Shown here piece by piece: positions 50,845 to 60,965 of a stretch of DNA of 64,000 nucleotides (positions are counted from its first letter, which is position 1; each line of letters opens with the position of its first letter). The DNA comes from an uncultured Acidimicrobiales bacterium (GTDB lineage: Bacteria > Actinomycetota > Acidimicrobiia > Acidimicrobiales > UBA10347): assembly GCA_943788915.1 (NCBI GenBank), contig CALSSD010000001.1, positions 1 through 64,000 of the forward strand. Direction: 5' to 3'. Below the pieces are notes generated by a model. It made no database searches. It worked only from the letters and a program-made list of their open reading frames with translations, and was not told the origin of the DNA. The position numbers were made by a program, and so were the translations under genes.

Positions 50845-53265
50845 TCAGGTCAGCACGTCAGCGATGATCAGTTGTACGTACTCGTCTTCGGTGTGGCCGA
50901 GGATGTCGCACACGATGTGCTGGTTGTGCTCACCAACGGCCGGCGCTCGCGTGAGCCGCAGTTCATGGCCGACCCATTGAGCGGTCTCGCGGTTGATTGG
51001 AATAGCGACATCGGGCCGCACCGGCTGCTGAAGCAGTTGGTAGTGGTGGCGTAGTTGCGGATCTCGTTCATAGGTCTCAGCCAGGTGCTCAACCGGCGCT
51101 GCCGCGATTCCTGCTGCTTGAAGTTGGTCTGCGATGTCCCACTTGTCTTTGTTCCCAGTCCACGCTTCGATGATCTCGTCGAGAGCATCTTCGTTCTGCT
51201 TGCGCCGATCGTGGGTAACGAAACGAGCGTCGTTGGCAAGTCCAGCGTCGCCGATGGCTTCGCAGAACCGAGCCCACTCGTCATCACCTTGCACAGCAAG
51301 TGCGACCCATTCATCGTCGCTGTATTCCGATCCAGCTGCAGCGAACACACCATGCGGGCACAGGTTCGGATCGCGATTTGATCGACGCGGAGGTTGGACG
51401 CCGGTGGCCTTGTACTGCATCCATTCCGCACCCAGCAACGACACCATGCCGGTCAGCTGGGTCAGATGGATCTCTTGACCGCCTCCGCTGGGATCTCGTT
51501 GACGCAGCGCAGCCAGGATCGTGGACACAAGAAGATGTGGGCCGGTGAAGTCGGGATAGGCAATACCGATCCCTCGCGGCCGCTCACCGTCGAAACCAGT
51601 CAACATGTTGAAGCCGGAAGCGGCCATCAAGATGTTGCCCATGCTTGGACGGACCGCCCATGGCCCATGGCGGTGCGCCCCCGGCAAGTTCAGCGACACG
51701 ATGTCGGGCTTCAGCGCAGTGAGCACATCGTGGCCGAAACCCATGCGTTCCATCGCTCCGGGACGAAAGTTGTTCACGACCACGTCGGCGGTGGCGATCA
51801 GTTCCTTAACCAGTTTCATCCCCTGTTCGGTGCTGAGGTCAACCGCGAGCGATTTCTTACCCGTATTCACCACATTGAACAGCCCGCCCATGTCTGGGTC
51901 TGGAAGACCGTCGGGACCGATCTGGCTGCGCATCGAGTCGGGTCTTTTCGTGGACTCCACCCGGATGACTTCGGCTCCGAAGCTGGCGAGTAGTCGGGTA
52001 CCAATCGGCGCTGCGAGCACCCAGCCGAAGTCGACGACACGAATACCTGCGAGCGCGCGTGCAGGATCCGGCGACGTTGCCGACGCAATCTTGCGCAGTA
52101 CCGGTGGCTCGGGATTCACATCGACCAGTGTCTGATCCGCGCCGAGCAGCGGTGCTGCATTGAGCACCACAGGTTCGGCCATGCCGTCTACGGGCGAACG
52201 CACGAAGCCCAGGTCACGTTCGATGCCTGGGTGTTCGACCGCCAAGAACTGTTCGTTGATCACGTACTGGTCGGTTTGTTCATGATCGTCGAAACTCAAC
52301 ACCGGCAGACAGATCAGGTCGGCCTCGAGCGCTCCAGCAAAGAACTCGTCGCGGGTGAGCTTGGCAGCTAACGCCAGCGTGGTTGCCGCGACCGGATTGC
52401 CCTTTCGAGGCGCATCGAGCCGACTCAACTCCCAGTCGTCCGCCGTCATCCCGTGATCGATCTCTTCGCGATCGGCCCATGCGAGGAACTTTTCGAACCG
52501 GTCAGGGCGAATCATGTGACCGACATACCCGCCGTCGGCACAACGCAATGCGGCGGACAGTCCTGGCCGCCGAGGGATTTGGTTGAACCACGTCCAGTTA
52601 CTGGGTGTGGCGGTCTGCATAGCTGCTGTTGCCGCAGCTTCTTGCAGCGAAATATCGATGTATGCGCCACTGCCTTCAGTGCCACTGTCACGCTGATGCA
52701 GCGCGATCGAGATCGCCGATGCCGCGATCAACCCAGCCATGGCATAGGTGACATCGGCGCCACCCTGGACCGGCTTGCCGCGAGGTTCCCCCGACAACCA
52801 GATCAGACCGCCGGCTGCACCTGCGACTAGGTCGGTCGCCTTCCGGTCTCGCCACTCACCAAACATCCCGAACGGCGTGACCGAACACTGGATGAGCAAC
52901 GGGTTCGCGCTTCGCAAGACCTCGTGGCTAAGAGCCAGGTTGTCGAGGTGCCCGGGCCGTTCGGTATCGATGACCACATCGGCGCTGGCAACCAACGACA
53001 GGAACAGCTCCTGTTGTGTGGCCAAATCAACCACGACGGAGCGTTTGTTGGCCGAGAAATACTGGTGCGCAAACGATGCCTCGGCCTCGGCAACCCCTTC
53101 GAGTCGCGGTTGCAGGTGACGAATCGAGCTGCCGCCAGGCGGTTCGACCATGATTACTTCGGCGCCCAGATCAGCAAGCACTCGCCCAGCAAGGGCCGCC
53201 GAACGGTCACTCAGATCAAGGACTCGGATACCCGAGAGTCCGGTGGTCATGCGGCGGCGGGTCAT
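50845..53265 (-). CDS. Tandem-domain CaiB/BaiF family III CoA-transferase
   Basis: Two copies of L.GIRV.D...LA..GAEVI.VE and N..K.S..VDL. Confidence 0.88.
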   Translation of the reverse strand: MTRRRMTTGLSGIRVLDLSDRSAALAGRVLADLGAEVIMVEPPGGSSIRHLQPRLEGVAEAEASFAHQYFSANKRSVVVDLATQQELFLSLVASADVVIDTERPGHLDNLALSHEVLRSANPLLIQCSVTPFGMFGEWRDRKATDLVAGAAGGLIWLSGEPRGKPVQGGADVTYAMAGLIAASAISIALHQRDSGTEGSGAYIDISLQEAAATAAMQTATPSNWTWFNQIPRRPGLSAALRCADGGYVGHMIRPDRFEKFLAWADREEIDHGMTADDWELSRLDAPRKGNPVAATTLALAAKLTRDEFFAGALEADLICLPVLSFDDHEQTDQYVINEQFLAVEHPGIERDLGFVRSPVDGMAEPVVLNAAPLLGADQTLVDVNPEPPVLRKIASATSPDPARALAGIRVVDFGWVLAAPIGTRLLASFGAEVIRVESTKRPDSMRSQIGPDGLPDPDMGGLFNVVNTGKKSLAVDLSTEQGMKLVKELIATADVVVNNFRPGAMERMGFGHDVLTALKPDIVSLNLPGAHRHGPWAVRPSMGNILMAASGFNMLTGFDGERPRGIGIAYPDFTGPHLLVSTILAALRQRDPSGGGQEIHLTQLTGMVSLLGAEWMQYKATGVQPPRRSNRDPNLCPHGVFAAAGSEYSDDEWVALAVQGDDEWARFCEAIGDAGLANDARFVTHDRRKQNEDALDEIIEAWTGNKDKWDIADQLQAAGIAAAPVEHLAETYERDPQLRHHYQLLQQPVRPDVAIPINRETAQWVGHELRLTRAPAVGEHNQHIVCDILGHTEDEYVQLIIADVLT

Positions 53266-54182
53266 GCCAGCGGGATGGTCAATATGCCGACCATGGCAGT
53301 GGGTCCGTCGGCCAGATCAACCTGCAGGTCGAGCACCAGCCGATCGGGTTCGGCCTGGGTCACGGTTGCCTTGGGCACGATGTGCACGTCGTTCTCGCTC
53401 GGCGCCTTCCAGCGCACATCGAAGTTCGCTCCATGCAGCAGCGACTGCGAGCCGAACTCTGCCATGACCGCTTCGAGTGCGAACGCCAGCACGTGTGAGC
53501 CGCCCGCAATTGGTTTGGCGAGACCGGCCTTCTTGGCCTGCTCTGGATCAGAGTGGATGGGGTTATCAGGATTGTCGGTGTCTCGGGCTGCCATCATCGT
53601 CAGCGACACCAGAACTGGTTCGCCGCCCACGACTTGTCCAACAGTCGCTGAGCGAAGCGCCTCTGCGTGCGGATTCGATGCCGCCGCATCCCAGTCCGGT
53701 TCAGGTGCTGGTGTGTCCGCGAGCGGGAGCCCGTGCATCGAATCTTCGAGATCCGGATTAGGGCGGTAACTGAACAAACCGGTCGTGAGGTTGGTGGCGA
53801 AGACGTCGCCGGAACTGGTTCTCGATCGCGATGCGGTCGTGGAGTACGACCGGCCCTTCTTGGCACAGGTCCCGGTGCTCTCACCATCGACGACCCAGGC
53901 ATCGTCGTGTGCAATTGGCCGATGAATCGTGAACTGCTCGCGCACCCATACCCGTCCGGCAACACCGCTTGCCTTCTGCTCGCCGTCGGCCCGAGGTTTG
54001 CGGGGTTGCTTCGCCAGCAATGCCAACGTCATGCCGGTGATCAGATCAGGTACTAGAAGCCCTTGCTTGACTAACGCACGCGTCGCGCCACCGTACACAC
54101 CCATCCCCTCGGCGGCTCCATGAATCTTGGCGGCCGGATACGGACCGACAACCTGTGCCAACGTGCGAGGAAACTCCGTCAT
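53262..54182 (-). CDS. MaoC-like double hot-dog dehydratase
   Basis: DNPIHSDPEQAKKAGLAKPIAGG hydratase-2-like motif; overlaps the CoA-transferase start. Confidence 0.7.
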   Translation of the reverse strand: MTEFPRTLAQVVGPYPAAKIHGAAEGMGVYGGATRALVKQGLLVPDLITGMTLALLAKQPRKPRADGEQKASGVAGRVWVREQFTIHRPIAHDDAWVVDGESTGTCAKKGRSYSTTASRSRTSSGDVFATNLTTGLFSYRPNPDLEDSMHGLPLADTPAPEPDWDAAASNPHAEALRSATVGQVVGGEPVLVSLTMMAARDTDNPDNPIHSDPEQAKKAGLAKPIAGGSHVLAFALEAVMAEFGSQSLLHGANFDVRWKAPSENDVHIVPKATVTQAEPDRLVLDLQVDLADGPTAMVGILTIPLA

Positions 54183-54200
54183 GACCTCAACATAGGACAG

Positions 54201-56075
54201 CTAGATGATCACGTGGGTGCCGACGTCGACGCACCGTTCGGCTGGTAGGCCGAAATGGACGGTGGAGTCACCGGCGTTGCGGCTGAGTAGCGCATAGAGC
54301 CGCTCCCGCCACCGAGCCATACCCCGACTCTTCGTTATCTCGATGCGTTCGCGGCTCAAAAAATACGTCGTGTGTTGAGGATCGAAATCCAAACCCTCGA
54401 AAAGGATCGCTTCCAGGTCGGTTGCCAGCGGGGTCGGGTCGGTGAATCCGTAGTGCATGTCGACGTTGAAGAAGCCAAGCCCGAAATCGGTGATCTGCAC
54501 TCGTTCTGCGGGGTGGACGCGAGGCTGGTCGGCAGTGATCACACACACGAACACAATGGTCTCGTGCAGGCTGGCGTTATGACGCAGGTTCGTGAGCAGC
54601 GCGGGCGACACCAAACCTGGTCGGCGATGGAGGTATACCCCGGTGCCAGGATGCCGGTGTGGAGGGTGCTGGCTCAGGCTGTCTACGAAGGTTTCCACCG
54701 TCAAACCTTCTCGTTCAACCCGATGACTCACGAGTCGCCGACCCTTCCACCATGTGGTGAAGACCGTAAATCCAATAAGTCCGATGACCAGTGGGAACCA
54801 ACCACCAGCGGGGATCTTGAAGATGTTGGCCGCGGCGAATGCGAGGTCGATTACCAGCAACGGCGCAAGGATCACTGTGGTCTTCAGTGGTGACCAACCC
54901 CAGCGATCTCGAGCAATCGAGGCGATGAGCACGGTGGTGATGACCATCGTGAAGGTCACGGCGACGCCGTATGCGGCCGCAAGTCGGGTCGATGAACCAA
55001 AGATGAATACCAGCCCCAAGCATGCAGCCAGCAGAAACCAGTTCACGGCAGGGACATAGACCTGACCGCGATGGTGCGGTGAGGTTTGCACCGTGCGCAT
55101 ACGCGGCAGATATCCCATGTTGACCGCCTGTACGGTCAGTGAGAACGCGCCGGTAATAAGTGCCTGCGAGGCAATGACCGCTGCCGCTGTGGCCAGAATC
55201 GTGAGCGGCCATTGGGCCCACGTGGGGGCCAACAGGAAGAACGGATTCTCGATAGCCGTGGGGTTATTGATAAGCAGCGCCCCTTGACCCAAATAGTTCA
55301 AGACCAGTGCAGGAAGAGCGAACAGAAACCACCCGTATTGGATCGGCTTACGCCCGAAGTGGCCCATGTCTGCGTAGAGAGCTTCGCCTCCGGTGACTAC
55401 CAGAAATACTGAGCCGAGTACAAGGAAACCTCGGCCCCCGTTGTCGATGAAGAATCGGATCGCTCGGGTTGGGTCGAGCGCGCGAACGACGGATGGATCC
55501 GAAGCGACTTCGATCGCTCCGAGCGTTGCAATCACGGTGAACCAGACGAGCATCACTGGTCCGAACAGCCGGCCCACTCGCTCAGTGCCACGACGCTGAA
55601 TCGAGAACAGGCAAATGAGGATGACCGCCACAATCGGGACCACCCATCGGTCAATCGAAGGTGTGCTGACTTGCAGTCCTTCGACTGCCGACAGCACCGA
55701 GATCGCCGGCGTGATCATGCCGTCTCCGTACAGGAGCGCCGTGCCGAACAGGCCCAAAAGAACGAGTCGGCGTCGTGAGCGCTGCTTGCCGGTGACCAAC
55801 GAAGCGAGTGCGAGGATGCCACCTTCGCCATCGTTGTCGGCCCGCATCACGATCACCAGGTACTTAATCGTGATCACGATGATGAGTGACCAGAACATCA
55901 ACGAGAGCACGCCGAGGACGTTGGCTTCATCGACAGCGAGATCGTGTTCGCCCGCAAGCGACTCTCGAAACGCATACAACGGGCTAGTACCGATGTCGCC
56001 AAAGACAACACCAAGAGCCCCAACGGTAAGCGCCGCAGCCGGTGCCTTTACTCCGTTATCGGTGTGCTCAGCCAT
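54201..56075 (-). CDS. kup: KUP/HAK/KT potassium transporter
   Basis: GALGVVFGDIGTSPLYA, ADNDGEGG, TGGEALYADMGHFG, GQVYVP.VNW. Confidence 0.93.
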   Translation of the reverse strand: MAEHTDNGVKAPAAALTVGALGVVFGDIGTSPLYAFRESLAGEHDLAVDEANVLGVLSLMFWSLIIVITIKYLVIVMRADNDGEGGILALASLVTGKQRSRRRLVLLGLFGTALLYGDGMITPAISVLSAVEGLQVSTPSIDRWVVPIVAVILICLFSIQRRGTERVGRLFGPVMLVWFTVIATLGAIEVASDPSVVRALDPTRAIRFFIDNGGRGFLVLGSVFLVVTGGEALYADMGHFGRKPIQYGWFLFALPALVLNYLGQGALLINNPTAIENPFFLLAPTWAQWPLTILATAAAVIASQALITGAFSLTVQAVNMGYLPRMRTVQTSPHHRGQVYVPAVNWFLLAACLGLVFIFGSSTRLAAAYGVAVTFTMVITTVLIASIARDRWGWSPLKTTVILAPLLVIDLAFAAANIFKIPAGGWFPLVIGLIGFTVFTTWWKGRRLVSHRVEREGLTVETFVDSLSQHPPHRHPGTGVYLHRRPGLVSPALLTNLRHNASLHETIVFVCVITADQPRVHPAERVQITDFGLGFFNVDMHYGFTDPTPLATDLEAILFEGLDFDPQHTTYFLSRERIEITKSRGMARWRERLYALLSRNAGDSTVHFGLPAERCVDVGTHVII

Positions 56076-56178
56076 GGTCAGTCGCCAGCGACCAGTCGTG
56101 AAATGTCACCTTGATCCTTGTCGTGATTGTCGTCCAAGTTTGCCGGAAGAACCACAGCGTATGAGTAGGTTGCTGATC

Positions 56179-56751
56179 ATGAGTGATCACGCCATTTCCC
56201 GGTTTCCTGTACCTGCCCTGGAAGACCTGCCCGCAGACATTCGCGAGATGATCGAATCCGTGCAGGAGAAGTCAGGTTTCGTGCCCAACGTCTTCCTTGC
56301 CTTGGCCCATCGCCCCGATGAGTTCCGAGCGTTCTTCGCCGCCCATGACGCGTTGATGGACAAGTCAGACGGCCTGTCGAAAGCCGAGCGGGAAATGATC
56401 GTTGTGGCCACCAGCGCGACCAACGGCTGCCTGTATTGCGTCGTTGCCCACGGTGCCATCTTGCGTATTCGAGCCAAGAACCCTCTGATTTCGGATCAGC
56501 TGGCCATCAATCCGGCCAAGGCCGACCTGTCGGATCGAGAGCAGTACATCGTTGAGTTCGCCCTCAAGGTGGCCCATGATTCGGCAACCGTCTCCGACGC
56601 ACATCTGGATGTCATGCGAGAGAACGGGTTCACCGACGACGAGATCTGGGACATCGGCGCAATCGCCGCGTTCTTCGCTATGTCGAACCGGCTGGCCAAC
56701 CTGGCGTCGATTCGCCCCAACGACGAGTTCTTCTCGATGGCTCGGGGTTAG
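56179..56751 (+). CDS. AhpD/CMD-like peroxidase-related enzyme
   Basis: EKSGFVPNVF...EREMIVVATS..NGCLYCVVAHGA. Confidence 0.88.
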   Translation: MSDHAISRFPVPALEDLPADIREMIESVQEKSGFVPNVFLALAHRPDEFRAFFAAHDALMDKSDGLSKAEREMIVVATSATNGCLYCVVAHGAILRIRAKNPLISDQLAINPAKADLSDREQYIVEFALKVAHDSATVSDAHLDVMRENGFTDDEIWDIGAIAAFFAMSNRLANLASIRPNDEFFSMARG

Positions 56752-56761
56752 CGGACTGGGT

Positions 56762-57412
56762 TCAGCGGACCCGGCCGGTTTCGTAGGCCCATATGGCTAT
56801 CTCGACCCGGTTGCGCACGCCGAGCTTGGACATCAAGCTGGCCAGATGGGTTTTGACGGTGCTCAGGCTGATGTACAGCTCGTCGGCGATCTCGGCATTG
56901 GTGCGACCGCTGGCGACGGTCAGCAGTACTTCTTCTTCACGACCGGTCAGCGGTTCGATTGGCTGTTGCGGTTCGGCTGGGCTCGACGCAGCGAAGCTCG
57001 CCAATAACCGGGCGGTGATACTCGGAGCGATGAGAGCGTCCCCTCTGGCGGCTGCGTGGATGGCTTGCGCCAGCAGTTCGGGACCGGCGTCCTTGAGAAG
57101 AAACCCGCGGGCTCCGGCACGTAGTGCTCCGTGCACATACTCGTCGAGGTCAAAGGTGGTGATCACGACAACCGCCATTGGCTCGGCCACGTCGGGGCCG
57201 GCCAATGCCCTGGTCGCCTCGATGCCGTTCAGCTGCGGCATACGGATGTCGAGCAGGCAGACATCAGGCCTCAGCCGCAACGCTTGCTCGACGGCATCGC
57301 GTCCGTTATCGACCTGCGACACGACTTCGATTCCGGGCTGAGCATCGAGGATCATGGACAACCCGGTTCGGACTAATTCCTGGTCGTCGGCGACCAACAC
57401 ACGCAGGTTCAT
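56762..57412 (-). CDS. NarL/LuxR-family response regulator
   Basis: ADDQELVR, DIRMP, TTFD, LT.REEEVL...STVKTH. Confidence 0.92.
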   Translation of the reverse strand: MNLRVLVADDQELVRTGLSMILDAQPGIEVVSQVDNGRDAVEQALRLRPDVCLLDIRMPQLNGIEATRALAGPDVAEPMAVVVITTFDLDEYVHGALRAGARGFLLKDAGPELLAQAIHAAARGDALIAPSITARLLASFAASSPAEPQQPIEPLTGREEEVLLTVASGRTNAEIADELYISLSTVKTHLASLMSKLGVRNRVEIAIWAYETGRVR

Positions 57413-58581
57413 GATTGGCCTCCATTACGGGGAATGGTCGCGGCGACCTGCCATCCTCGATCAGGGGCCGGTCCGGCGGCGAAGCTGCCGCCCAGCAATT
57501 CGACCCGTTCGGCCATACCCAGCAGCCCGTAGCCCACTCCGTTCGACGGGTTCGTTATGCCATCATCGCGGACGGTCAACGAGATGACGCCTTCCGACCC
57601 GGTTACGGCAACACTGATCTCGGTAGCACCGCTGGCATGGCGGACCGCGTTGGTGATGGACTCACGAGCGATGCGATAGAGCGCCGACTCGGTGGCAGAT
57701 CCGACCGTGCCAACAGCCCCGTCGATCGAGACGGTGACGGGTACGGCCCCGGCTGTGTCTTCGGCTAGTCGCCGAAGATCCTGCAGGCCCTGCTGCGGAG
57801 CCAACTCGGCTTCGGCGCCGTCTCGTAATGTGCTCACCATCGATCGCATCTCGACGAGCGTGCGAGATGCGGCTTCTTCGATCACGGCGAGCACGCCGAT
57901 AGCCCGCTCAGGGTCGGTGGCTGCCATCGCCCGGCCAGCCTGTGCCTGCACCGCTATTGCTGACACGTGGTGGGCAACCGTGTCGTGCAGCTCGCGAGCC
58001 AACTCGGCCCGCTCGAGCGACTTGGCATCGGAGATCGCTCGTTCCTTCGCACTCCGTTGGTAACGCACCACCAGGCCGATCTCGATCGGAATGCTCAACA
58101 CGATGAAGCCGCCGATCCAGTCGCTGAGGCTGGTCGTCGGGTCGGCCAGGTTCCCAAGGATGCCGGCGCCAATCGCGACGAGTAGCCCAAGGGCCCCGTC
58201 GCGCCCCGAGCCCCACCGAAACACGGTGTACAGCGTTATCAAGACAATTGCGGTGGTCCACAATCCGCCGAATTCGCCTTCGAGTCGGGCCACCACCACG
58301 CCAAAAACGATCGTGATGGCGAAGCCGAAGACGGCCGCTTGCAGCGGGTGGCTGCGACGCATGAGCAGCGACGGGATCGTGCCAACGAAGAATACGACGA
58401 GAGCTGCCCACCGCCAGCCCGGCGACACGGCGAGCCACTCGGCATCGTTACGCAGCAGCGTTTCGACGACGGCAGTAATCGACACCACACCGACCAACGC
58501 CCAGTCCCGCCAGACGCGGACCGGCGCGCCAGCAACCGCTGGTTCGGCCAAATAGGTCTGCAGAGCAGCGGGCAGTTTCAC
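57409..58581 (-). CDS. Membrane sensor histidine kinase (HisKA_3)
   Basis: Multiple TM helices, ARELHDTVAHH, ESITNAVRHA, GYGLLGMAER. Confidence 0.9.
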   Translation of the reverse strand: MKLPAALQTYLAEPAVAGAPVRVWRDWALVGVVSITAVVETLLRNDAEWLAVSPGWRWAALVVFFVGTIPSLLMRRSHPLQAAVFGFAITIVFGVVVARLEGEFGGLWTTAIVLITLYTVFRWGSGRDGALGLLVAIGAGILGNLADPTTSLSDWIGGFIVLSIPIEIGLVVRYQRSAKERAISDAKSLERAELARELHDTVAHHVSAIAVQAQAGRAMAATDPERAIGVLAVIEEAASRTLVEMRSMVSTLRDGAEAELAPQQGLQDLRRLAEDTAGAVPVTVSIDGAVGTVGSATESALYRIARESITNAVRHASGATEISVAVTGSEGVISLTVRDDGITNPSNGVGYGLLGMAERVELLGGSFAAGPAPDRGWQVAATIPRNGGQS

Positions 58582-58743
58582 AAACGCATCGTAGGCAACG
58601 TGGAGGGGTCGGCGGATCGGCCGAAAGTATGAGCTTGGAAGGGCCGAATCGCTGATCCATTACGAGAGCAGTTCTTTCACGATAGACCCTGGCGCTTATC
58701 GAAGCGCTCGGCCTACTGCGCCGCAGGGCTGAGAGGACCCGAC

Positions 58744-60942
58744 ATGACTGCTTTTCTGTATCGACTGGGGCGTGGAAGCGCCCAACACCCATGGCGGGTT
58801 ATTGGACTATGGGCGCTTGTTGCCGTCATCGTCGTCTCGTCTTCGGCAGGTTTCGGCCGCGACATGGAAGACTCATTTGACGTCCCCGGCGTTGACTCCC
58901 AGCTCGCAACCGAGCTGCTGACCCAGGCGCAATCTGAGCGCGCCGGCGTGACCGCCCGAGTCGTTGTTGCCCCGGAGACAACCGACATGACCTTCGCCAA
59001 CGTTGCAGAACGCAACGCACTCGACGGTGTTACCCAACGGCTGACCGAGTTACCGAACGTGCTCAACGTGGCCGAATCGTTGTCGCCAGACGGTCAGATC
59101 GCGCTGCTCTCCGTGCAGTATCCGGTGCTTGAAGACATCGATGCAACCGACCTGGAACGGCTACACAGCGCGGTCGATGCCGCTCGCGACCAGTCTGGAC
59201 TACAGGTCGAAGCTGGGGGTGAGCTGTTCTTCGCCTTCGAAGAACCGGCGAGCAGCGCAGCCGAACTCATCGGCATTGGCGCCGCGGTCATCATCTTGCT
59301 GGTCGCCTTCGGTTCCCTGATAGCCATGGGCCTTCCGATCGGCATGGCGTTGTTCGGCCTGGCAATCGGCGTCAGCGCGATGCCTCTAATCAGTCACCTG
59401 ATCATGATTCCGAGCTGGGCACCACAACTCGCCACCATGATCGGCTTGGGTGTCGGCATCGATTACGCACTGTTCCTGGTAACCCGGCATCGAGAGTTCC
59501 TGGCCACCGGGCTTTCGGTCACCGAGTCGGCCGGCCGTGCGGTAGCGACCTCAGGCCAAGCGGTGATCTTCGCCGGAGGCACCGTGGTGATCGCAATACT
59601 GGGACTTGCTGTAGCCGGTGTCCCATTCATGACTGCTGCCGGAGTGGCCACATCGGTCATCGTGCTGATCATGGTTGTTGCCTCGATCACGATCCTTCCC
59701 GCTCTGCTCGGCCTGAGCGGCCACTGGATCAACCGGTTGGGAATCCATCGTCGTGGCCACACCGCTTCAGAAGTTGGCCCCGGATGGCGCCGTTGGGGCA
59801 ACCATGTGACCAGCCATGCATGGCCATACGCAATCGTGACGACGGTCGCTCTGCTGGCCATGACCGCGCCGGTATTCGGGTTGCAGCTCGGCTTCCCCGA
59901 CGAAGGCACTCAGCCCGACACCACCACCCAACGCCGGGCCTATGACTTGGCAGCCGAAGGCTTCGGTGCAGGAATCAACGGCCCACTGGTGATCGCTGTT
60001 GACACTGCTGGTGATACATCGATCGTCGTCGAGCTCGCTGCCGCCGTGGCCGCCGACCCTGGTGTTGCGGCGGTGACACCGCCGGAGACCATCGGCAACG
60101 TCGCCACGATCATTGCTCTGGCGACGAGTGCTCCACAAGATGATGCGACCTTCGCCACTGTCGAACGGCTGCGGGCCGAGGTCTTCCCCGACGTGTTGGC
60201 TGACTCACCAGCCTCGGCCCATGTCGGCGGCCAGACCGCCAACTTCGGCGACGTGGCCAGCCGGGTCAGCGACCGACTGGCACTGTTCATCGCTGCAGTT
60301 GTGCTGCTGTCGTTCGTACTTCTGACGCTGGTGTTCCGATCGATTCTGGTGCCGCTGAAGGCCGCAATCTTGAACCTGCTCAGCATCGGCGCTGCCTACG
60401 GCGTGCTGGTCATGGTGTTCCAGTGGGGTTGGGGTGCTGGCCTGATCGGCCTGGAGACGACCGTGCCCATCGTGTCGTTCATCCCCATGTTCATGTTCGC
60501 CATCCTGTTCGGGCTGTCGATGGACTACGAGGTCTTCCTGTTGTCACGAGTGCGTGAAGAGTTCATCCGTACCGGCGACAACGACGAAGCGGTAATCACC
60601 GGCCTGGCCGGCACTGCCCGAGTCATCACGTCGGCAGCTCTCATCATGATTTGTGTCTTCGGCGGCTTCGTACTCAGCGATGACCCCACGCTGAAGATGT
60701 TCGGGCTCGGACTCGGCACCGCAATCCTGGTCGACGCCACGGTGGTGCGGTGCGTGCTCGTGCCTGCCAGCATGAAACTCATGGGCAACGCCAACTGGTG
60801 GTTGCCTGGCTGGCTCGACCGACTGCTCCCCCGAATCGACATCGACGGCGAACACGGCTTTGCACCGGTCGTCGAGATAAATGTCGATGAGTCTGCTGTT
60901 GACGAGTCGCCCATACGAGAGGCTGCACTTATCTCAGTGTGA
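58744..60942 (+). CDS. MMPL/RND family transporter
   Basis: GLGVGIDYALF and FGLSMDYEVFL motifs in two RND halves. Confidence 0.92.
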   Translation: MTAFLYRLGRGSAQHPWRVIGLWALVAVIVVSSSAGFGRDMEDSFDVPGVDSQLATELLTQAQSERAGVTARVVVAPETTDMTFANVAERNALDGVTQRLTELPNVLNVAESLSPDGQIALLSVQYPVLEDIDATDLERLHSAVDAARDQSGLQVEAGGELFFAFEEPASSAAELIGIGAAVIILLVAFGSLIAMGLPIGMALFGLAIGVSAMPLISHLIMIPSWAPQLATMIGLGVGIDYALFLVTRHREFLATGLSVTESAGRAVATSGQAVIFAGGTVVIAILGLAVAGVPFMTAAGVATSVIVLIMVVASITILPALLGLSGHWINRLGIHRRGHTASEVGPGWRRWGNHVTSHAWPYAIVTTVALLAMTAPVFGLQLGFPDEGTQPDTTTQRRAYDLAAEGFGAGINGPLVIAVDTAGDTSIVVELAAAVAADPGVAAVTPPETIGNVATIIALATSAPQDDATFATVERLRAEVFPDVLADSPASAHVGGQTANFGDVASRVSDRLALFIAAVVLLSFVLLTLVFRSILVPLKAAILNLLSIGAAYGVLVMVFQWGWGAGLIGLETTVPIVSFIPMFMFAILFGLSMDYEVFLLSRVREEFIRTGDNDEAVITGLAGTARVITSAALIMICVFGGFVLSDDPTLKMFGLGLGTAILVDATVVRCVLVPASMKLMGNANWWLPGWLDRLLPRIDIDGEHGFAPVVEINVDESAVDESPIREAALISV

Positions 60943-60965
60943 GGTCGCCGGGTAGCGTTTGTGTC

